Below are positions 59,001-64,000 of a DNA stretch of 64,000 bases, piece by piece. Position numbers and translations under genes: made by a program. Position 1 is the stretch's first letter, and every line of letters begins with the position of its first letter. The notes beneath the pieces are model-generated. The model saw only the letters and a program-made list of their open reading frames with translations, did no database searches and had not been told where the DNA came from. Location of the stretch: the NCBI GenBank assembly GCA_964291235.2, contig OZ219816.1, forward strand, positions 64,001 through 128,000, in the 5' to 3' direction. This stretch comes from Vicinamibacteria bacterium (GTDB taxonomy: Bacteria > Acidobacteriota > Vicinamibacteria > Marinacidobacterales > Marinacidobacteraceae).

Positions 59001-59272
59001 GTGCCCAAGCTCTCTTCGAGCGGACGGACTATGAGGCGCTCGGTCTCCTCGGGAGAGGAGGACTCGTAGTCCACGCTCACCCAGAGGCTGTTGGCGCCGA
59101 ACGAGGGAAGGAATTCGAGCGGCAGACGGGTGAGCGAGACGTAGCCCAGCACGACCAGCCCGACAGCGATCATGCTGATCGTGACCCGCCGGTCCACCGC
59201 GAAGCGGGCGAGCGCGCTACCGCGCTCCGCACCCTGCTCGTGGGGGTGACGGTGTTGGTCCGGTCCGGTCAT
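56042..59272 (-). CDS. RND efflux permease 2
   Basis: NVISLFG, GMLADPAIVVID, LFESF.HP, GIVVNNAI, RLRPVMMT. Confidence 0.95.
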   Translation of the reverse strand: MTGPDQHRHPHEQGAERGSALARFAVDRRVTISMIAVGLVVLGYVSLTRLPLEFLPSFGANSLWVSVDYESSSPEETERLIVRPLEESLGTIPGITVLTATANANSGNVSLEFEETADMDLMVVEARDRVDRVRHLLPDDIERINIRRFQSTDIPILQFHLGAPWERERLFDFAEDIVQPRLERLEGVASVDVRGVRRRELRVSMDPQRMEALGVDVRDVSEVLTQNNVNVSGGTITDGSRKLIVRTVGEFQRPEDIRETPIGEAGLRLSDVADVTYELPTQTSFDFLNGEEAVTFRIYKASNANVLDVADGVKGEMADIAAIPRHDGVEMRYIQDSSLDVRGGLSQLTLAGLFGGGLAMIILLLFLQKARTTLLVAVAIPLSIITTFVIMYLGRQTGMVDTTLNVISLFGLMVAVGMLADPAIVVIDSISRHFTEHKEDSRTAAIHGASAVTMPIIAGAATTMCVFVPLVFLGATMGGFFRIFTDFGFTLSVVIVASLLVALTVVPMMAGVVLRNERRVYSRTMRLLGRLHGKVIRRTLHHRFVSLLVAVGLLGVAWVLYQNIERSSFDSTVEREVTINVDVPRAYTLDETREVMESVAALIEERREELEIADVVHEYRRGGGRRRGGYGGGGRRFELYLVDETESERSVQEITDEIREMLPTVAGVNFRIAESRGRGPGRGGGIRLDLKGDDMDVLELISGRVVERLAALPWIRDVDTSLESGTEELHVSPNAERALASGAGTFAVAQTVRSALTTRPAGTIESDQREVDIVVQYPEEQREQLDHLRRMPVFVGGARVPVGAMADFEMVSGPRSIEREDRRPKLTISANTTVPGASFRLMGQVQEQLADIALPPGYEWSFDRWSRMGQTDFAAAGFAFAFALLLIYLIMVALFESFIHPAVIMFSIPFSFIGVAITLKLTGQTLGNTAMLGLVLLAGIVVNNAIVLIAHVNALRRQGMSRDEALILGSEHRLRPVMMTALTTFCGLLPLAAPYFLPGLFGSVDGRAGQWAPIGLVLAGGLPTSTLLTLLLVPTIYAVTDDLKRLLWPYTTAPKTSAAPEPAASAGVPALNPVTQ

Positions 59273-59844
59273 CGCGTTCCTCCCTCCGGGGTCGTTCCTT
59301 CCGCTGAACCCTCTACGGAATCATCGTCGCCACCGTTCCGTTCCCTCTCGCTGAGCATCGCATCGAAGGCCTGGCGCTGTTCGTCCGTGAGGATTTCGCG
59401 GATCTGTTCGCGGAAACGCTGCCGCAGTTCGCCGTAGCGGGCGTAGGTGTCGTCCCAAAAGGCGCTCGCCTCGGCCCGGTTGGCCTCGACGAAAGCGTCC
59501 ATCTGAGCCTGTTGGTCTTCATCGAGTCCGAGGCGGCGCACGAGCTGATTCCGGAATCTCCGGCTTCGCTGCTCACCGTCGGAAGCGTCGCGCCCACGCG
59601 AACGCGCCCGCTCGGTGCGCTCGCCGCCGCGCCGGTCGGACCGGCCGTCGGAGCCGGAGCGTTCCCGATGCTCGATCCGGTGTTCCCCGGCGGAGCGGCG
59701 ATGCATCCGGCCGGACATTGCGAGATGGCTGGCGATGACTCCGGCGCCGAATCCGACGAGGATGAGCAACAGCGGGGTCAGCCGCTTCCAGCGGCGGTTC
59801 GTCGCCGCGTCGGCGGCCGGGGTCACGTCGTGTTGTTCCGGCAT
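59269..59844 (-). CDS. Spy/CpxP-like (heavy-metal sensor-type) helical periplasmic protein
   Basis: One TM segment; RLGLDEDQQAQM ... IREILTDEQRQAF (LTxxQ motif). Confidence 0.75.
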   Translation of the reverse strand: MPEQHDVTPAADAATNRRWKRLTPLLLILVGFGAGVIASHLAMSGRMHRRSAGEHRIEHRERSGSDGRSDRRGGERTERARSRGRDASDGEQRSRRFRNQLVRRLGLDEDQQAQMDAFVEANRAEASAFWDDTYARYGELRQRFREQIREILTDEQRQAFDAMLSERERNGGDDDSVEGSAEGTTPEGGTR

Positions 59845-59847
59845 CGC

Positions 59848-60354
59848 TCAGCGTCCTTCCGCCGGCGCGAAGCCGCCACCAAGCGCAATCAGGAGCACCG
59901 GTTCCTCGGCAAGGTCCGGCTCTCCAAGAGCCTCAAACTCCGGCGCGACCAGCATCTGGTCCTCCAGGGCCAGCAGGTCGAACTCCTCGACCGCCGGAAC
60001 CGCGTCCGCCAGGATCTCCCCCTCGGGCCTCTCGGCCTGCCAGACACTGAGGCCGGCGGCGATCAGGGTCAGGGCGGCCACGGCCGCGAGCCGGTACCCC
60101 AGTTCTCGCCAGGTCCACCGCAGGACCGGCGAGAGGTCGTCGCGGCGCTCGCGATGGCGGACGAGGAATCCGGGATCGGGTTCGGAACGGACGTCGCGAC
60201 AGTCCCTGAAGAACACCGACACTTCCTGCAGGCGGCGATGTTCGCGCGCGAACCGAGGGTCCGAAACGAGGCGCGCTTCGACGTCCCGGGTCTGGTCCGG
60301 AGAGAGTTCGCCGTCCAGATACGCGGAAAGTAGCTCCCGGTCGTTCATCGTCAA
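59848..60354 (-). CDS. Anti-sigma factor (zf-HC2-like fold, single TM)
   Basis: ELLSAYLDGELS; TM LAAVAALTLIAAGL; TTGA overlap with the sigma stop codon. Confidence 0.8.
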   Translation of the reverse strand: MTMNDRELLSAYLDGELSPDQTRDVEARLVSDPRFAREHRRLQEVSVFFRDCRDVRSEPDPGFLVRHRERRDDLSPVLRWTWRELGYRLAAVAALTLIAAGLSVWQAERPEGEILADAVPAVEEFDLLALEDQMLVAPEFEALGEPDLAEEPVLLIALGGGFAPAEGR

Positions 60355-60965
60355 CTCCGCGTTCCGAGGGCATCGGCGAGGCGCTGCCTCGCCCGATGGA
60401 TCCGGGACTGCACGGTTCCGAGTGGAACCCCGCAGGATTCGGAGATTTCCCGGTAGGTCATTCCCGCTACCTCCTTCAGTACCAGAGCTTCCCGCTCGTC
60501 CTCGGGCAGCACCCGAAGCGCCGATTCCATCTCGGTTCGCCGGCGCAGCTCTTCCGCCGGGTCGGCGACGCCGGCCTCCTCCGCTGCGTCGCCGGCCGGC
60601 TGCGCGACTTCGAGCAACCGCCGCTGCCTGCCGGCCCGGCGGATTGCGTCGTGCGCCGCGCGAACCGCGATCCGGCAAAGCCAGGCGCCAACCGGCCCGT
60701 CCCCCCGGTAGCTCGACGCCCGCCGGAAAGCGCGGAGAAAGGCCTCCTGGGCCGCATCTTCGGCTTCGGACCGGTTTCGAAGGATGGCGAGAGCCACGGC
60801 GCGCACCCGGCTCTCGGTGCGGCGGACGAGTTCATCGAAGGCCTGAACGTCTCCTTGTTCCCGGAACCGCTGAAGCAGACGGCGCTCCCGGGCGTCCTCC
60901 AGGGCTCGTTCCGCGGGAAGTGGATCAACCGGCGCATCCTTTGGTTCCTCGGAAGAAAGACGCAT
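60351..60965 (-). CDS. ECF RNA polymerase sigma factor
   Basis: AFDELV, EAEDAAQEAFLRA, WLCRIA, LPEDEREALVL, TYREI...PLGTVQSRIHRAR. Start uncertain. Confidence 0.93.
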   Translation of the reverse strand: MRLSSEEPKDAPVDPLPAERALEDARERRLLQRFREQGDVQAFDELVRRTESRVRAVALAILRNRSEAEDAAQEAFLRAFRRASSYRGDGPVGAWLCRIAVRAAHDAIRRAGRQRRLLEVAQPAGDAAEEAGVADPAEELRRRTEMESALRVLPEDEREALVLKEVAGMTYREISESCGVPLGTVQSRIHRARQRLADALGTRS

Positions 60966-61060
60966 CGGACCCGCCCGTTTGTTCGCGTCGGGCAAGAGTG
61001 CGCGGCAGTCTAGTTTCCGGCGGGCGGCCGCGGCGGGGGCCGAGGCGCATAATTCGCCGC

Positions 61061-62194
61061 ATGGACCAGACGAAGAGCCACCGGATCGAGACCCGAAGCG
61101 TGCACGCCGGCACTTCCAAAAACCTCATGGGGGCCGTCGCGCCACCGATCCACCTTTCGACGACCTTCGAGCGGGATGCCGCGGGGGAGCTCGCCTCGGG
61201 TTTCGTTTACAGCCGCGACGCGAACCCGGATCGCACGGCATTGGAAAACGCCGTGGCCGACCTCGAGGGCGGTGCGGAGTGTGTGTGCTTCGCCTCGGGG
61301 CTTGCCGCAATCCACTCGCTGCTGCTGACCCTCTCTCCCGGGGACGTGGCACTCGCCCCCCGAGACGCGTACCACGGGACCGTGCGCCTCGCGAAGGAGT
61401 CGCTCGCGCGCTGGGGACTCCGGACCCGTTTCACGGACTTTCTGGACGCGGATGACGTTGCCGCCGGACTCGAAGAGCGGCCCGCCCTCGCCATCCTGGA
61501 GACGCCCTCCAATCCCACCCTGCGGATAACCGACATCGAGGCGGTGGCCGATCGCTGTCACGCGGCGGGCGCGCTGGTCGCGGTGGACAACACCTGGATG
61601 ACTCCCGTCCTGCAGCGTCCCCTGGCGCTCGGCGCCGACATCGTGATCCACGCGACGACGAAGTACTTCGGAGGCCACAGCGACGCGACCGGCGGCGCGG
61701 TGGTCGTTCGGGAAGGCCTCGACCTCACCTCCCGGCTGCGTTTCGTGCAGTCGGAGACGGGCCCGGTGCCGTCGCCTTTCGATGCGTGGCTGCTACGCCG
61801 GGGAATGAAGACGCTGCCCGTCCGGGTCCGGGCTCAATCGGAAACCGCGGGGAAGGTCGCGCAGTTCCTGGCCGACCATCCCGGCGTCGTGGCGACGTTC
61901 TATCCGGGGCTCCCCTCGGATCCCGGACACGAGGTCCAGACCCGGCAGGCCGCAGGCTACGGCGCCATGCTCTCCTTCCGGGCTCGGGGAGGCGAAAAAG
62001 GCGCGCGGAGCGTGCTCTCGCGGGTCGAACTCTTCGTTCGCGCCACCAGTCTCGGAGGCGTCGAAAGTCTCATCGAGCACCGGGCGACGGTTGAGGGCCC
62101 GGACAGCAAGACCCCGCGCGACCTCATCCGGGTTTCCGTCGGTCTGGAGCATCCCGACGACCTGATCGCCGACCTCGACCAAGCGCTCAGGTGA
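61061..62194 (+). CDS. metB: Cystathionine gamma-synthase/lyase family PLP enzyme
   Basis: PPIHLSTTF, YSRDANP, FASGLAA, ETPSNP, VDNT, HATTKYFGGHSD, SLGGVESL, RVSVGLE. Confidence 0.88.
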   Translation: MDQTKSHRIETRSVHAGTSKNLMGAVAPPIHLSTTFERDAAGELASGFVYSRDANPDRTALENAVADLEGGAECVCFASGLAAIHSLLLTLSPGDVALAPRDAYHGTVRLAKESLARWGLRTRFTDFLDADDVAAGLEERPALAILETPSNPTLRITDIEAVADRCHAAGALVAVDNTWMTPVLQRPLALGADIVIHATTKYFGGHSDATGGAVVVREGLDLTSRLRFVQSETGPVPSPFDAWLLRRGMKTLPVRVRAQSETAGKVAQFLADHPGVVATFYPGLPSDPGHEVQTRQAAGYGAMLSFRARGGEKGARSVLSRVELFVRATSLGGVESLIEHRATVEGPDSKTPRDLIRVSVGLEHPDDLIADLDQALR

Positions 62195-62217
62195 ACCCGG
62201 CGGTCCTCTGGTTCCGT

Positions 62218-62471
62218 CCTACGATGGCGTAGGTGGGCGTCGCGTGCCGGGCTCGGGCTTCCCGCCCGGCGCCGAGTTGGCGCCGCTGGCGGGAGGCGCG
62301 TCCCACCCGGCAGTGGTGACTCCCGTTCGGTTCCATAAGCCGGAGCGCAGTGGACCGCTCGGATTCATTTCGGATTGTAAACGCGACCCGGGGAGACCGG
62401 AGGGTGGATTTCGCCGATCCGGAGGCTAGGAGCGCCAGCCTCCAGGCTGGCATCGCCCGCGCAGCGGGCGA
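62218..62471. repeat. Cluster of REP-like palindromes
   Basis: CCTACG-ATGG-CGTAGG; nested CTTCCCGCC/CGGCGCC..GGCGCCG/GGCGGGAGG; GCCAGCCT-CC-AGGCTGGC; TCGCCCGC-GCA-GCGGGCGA. Confidence 0.55.
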
Positions 62472-62587
62472 AACTCCCAAACCTGGTCTGCCCGGATGGT
62501 GCCGCCGAGCAGCGTGGGGGCGCCGCCGACCTGTCTGCCGGTCTCATCGTGCTCCGCTTCGATCGCGAGGCCGCAGGGTGTCCAGGT

Positions 62588-62980
62588 TCAACCACGGGGG
62601 CAGACACTTGGCCACTTGGCATCGGCCGCGTCTCCTACGCGCGGGAAGGGCGGCGTACCCCAATCCTCGTCGAGGTGGCGCTCAATGGCGCCACGGAAGC
62701 GCGGCACGAATTCCTTCAGAACCTCTGCCCCCAGCCGTACCTGCGTTCTTCCCCGACTGCGAGTGCCCGCGCTCCCGCCGTGCTCGATCTGGTTGCGAAC
62801 CACGTTGAGATTCCTGAACAACTCGTCCACCGTCCTGGCGACATCCTGGGAAAGGCCTCTCCGCATGGCGGCGTTCAGCCGATCTACTGCCGACTTGGCT
62901 CGGACCCTGAATCGCGCTTCCCAGTCTTCTCTGGTCCTCACATCCGCATCCTGATTCCACTGTTTCCAGAACGATGGGTG
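62588..62980 (-). pseudogene. 5'-truncated HEPN-domain gene
   Basis: FW....DWEARF...LFRNLNVVRNQIEHGG (R-x4-H)...QVR.GA.VL..FVP...DWG.PPFP.V. No credible N-terminal half in any upstream frame. Confidence 0.62.
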
Positions 62981-63303
62981 TGCTTGGCGCGGCCACCCGA
63001 TCACGGAGCAGCGACCGACGGGGCCCGCGCCCCGACTCGACCTGCCGCCACCTGCTGGCCCCTCCGAACCCGTCAGCCATGGACGAGATCACGGACGGGG
63101 GTCACGGCCAGTACGGATCGACGGGAAGGACATCGAGCGGGACAGCAAACACGAGCAGATCCCGGAGAGCGACGAAGACGATCCGGGTGGCGACGAGGAG
63201 ATGGCGGGTGCAAGGCCGGTTGGTCTGTCTCGACGCGATCTGCCATGACGCGGTGCGGCCGGCGGCTGGTCCGGTCTTTGCGTGGAAGCCCGAGTACGTT
63301 TCG

Positions 63304-63900
63304 ATGACTCTTGAGAGAGCGGAAGGCCAGTTCCAGCGAGTGTCCCGGACCGTGCTCCCTCTTGCTGTTGTGGTGGTACTCGCGGGGTGCGCCTCGTCGC
63401 CCGAGACACATCCTCTGACCGCGTCCAATCCGCCGATTCCGTCCGGCCAGGTCGCCGATGCAGAGCCGCAGCCGAAAGCCGGCGTGACCGTGGCGTACGA
63501 GAACGGAGTCGTCGTGATCTACGACGGTCGCCACCGGGACGGGAAGTTCAACGGTCACACGATCGTGCGGTACCCGAACGGCAGCGTCGGGGAAGGTCCG
63601 GTTGTGGAAGGGAAAAGGTACGGCCATTGGACTGAGAAGTTCGTGGACGGGAGCGCCCAGGAAGGCCCGTACGCAGAAGACAGGCGGCAGGGCTACTGGG
63701 TTCTCAAGTACCCGGACGGGAGAGTTCAGGAAGGCCCCTTTGCGGCGGGGAAGCGGCACGGCGACTGGACGCTGACGTCGTCGCAAGGAGTTCTTTTCCA
63801 CGGCCCCTACGTGGACGACCGGCGGCACGGGCTGTGGACGCTTGTTTTCCCGAACAGCCGCCCGCACTACGTGCAATTTGTGAACGGCGTGCGGCGGTAG
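63304..63900 (+). CDS. MORN-like repeat lipoprotein
   Basis: Lipobox LAGC; 23-aa repeats EGPVVEGKRYGHWT, EGPYAEDRRQGYWV, EGPFAAGKRHGDWT, HGPYVDDRRHGLWT. Confidence 0.8.
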   Translation: MTLERAEGQFQRVSRTVLPLAVVVVLAGCASSPETHPLTASNPPIPSGQVADAEPQPKAGVTVAYENGVVVIYDGRHRDGKFNGHTIVRYPNGSVGEGPVVEGKRYGHWTEKFVDGSAQEGPYAEDRRQGYWVLKYPDGRVQEGPFAAGKRHGDWTLTSSQGVLFHGPYVDDRRHGLWTLVFPNSRPHYVQFVNGVRR

Positions 63901-64000
63901 GGCCACGCCGCCTCAGACTTGGTAGCCGAGTCGGCCGAGACAGCAGCACCACATGGCGCGGCGAATTGGGAACGTCCTCTTGCGCCAGCGCAACTTTGCC

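Noticed and set aside
52310-59437. Long plus-strand ORFs (875, 714 and 1140 aa)
   Set aside because: Antisense shadows of the RND/MFP genes, caused by high-GC codon bias; no motifs.
59615-61060. N-terminal extension of the 859-aa ORF
   Set aside because: Overlaps the sigma and anti-sigma genes on the opposite strand. The PLP enzyme starts at ATG 61061.
62974-63303. N-terminal 110 aa of the 308-aa ORF
   Set aside because: The lipoprotein signal (LAGC) implies a start at 63304 or 63340; the upstream part has no recognisable features.

Overview
High-GC (roughly two-thirds G+C by eye) bacterial chromosomal segment. Gene content and protein style suggest Acidobacteriota, which is an inference. 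About 50 densely packed genes are supported: rseP (partial) and dxr; a MenC/NSAR enolase, HEAT-cyclophilin, HAD, tgt-yajC-secD-secF; tonB-tonB-exbB-exbD-exbD-TPR; relA/spoT; an Mrp/ApbC protein with HCF101-like architecture; two tandem paralogous TonB-dependent receptors; an S9 peptidase; korAB; Ku plus a frameshifted ATP-dependent ligase; Nudix, GHMP kinase, Rieske, PHP and iscA genes; a mixed operon ending in a MATE transporter; clpB; a kbl-led putative cobalamin-salvage operon divergent from the B12-dependent queG; a ferredoxin-NADP reductase; an ECF sigma/anti-sigma/Spy-like/RND-MFP-RND cassette; and a metB-like gene. The window ends in an accessory tail with REP-like hairpins, a truncated HEPN gene and a MORN-repeat lipoprotein. 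No rRNA, tRNA, CRISPR array or transposase was seen. Non-coding highlights are a dispersed CTAG-flanked MITE-like family (up to 4 copies, one supplying the stop codons of two convergent genes), an 11-bp tandem array after iscA, and an AT-rich double palindrome before clpB. All calls come from reading motifs by eye; no database searches were run.
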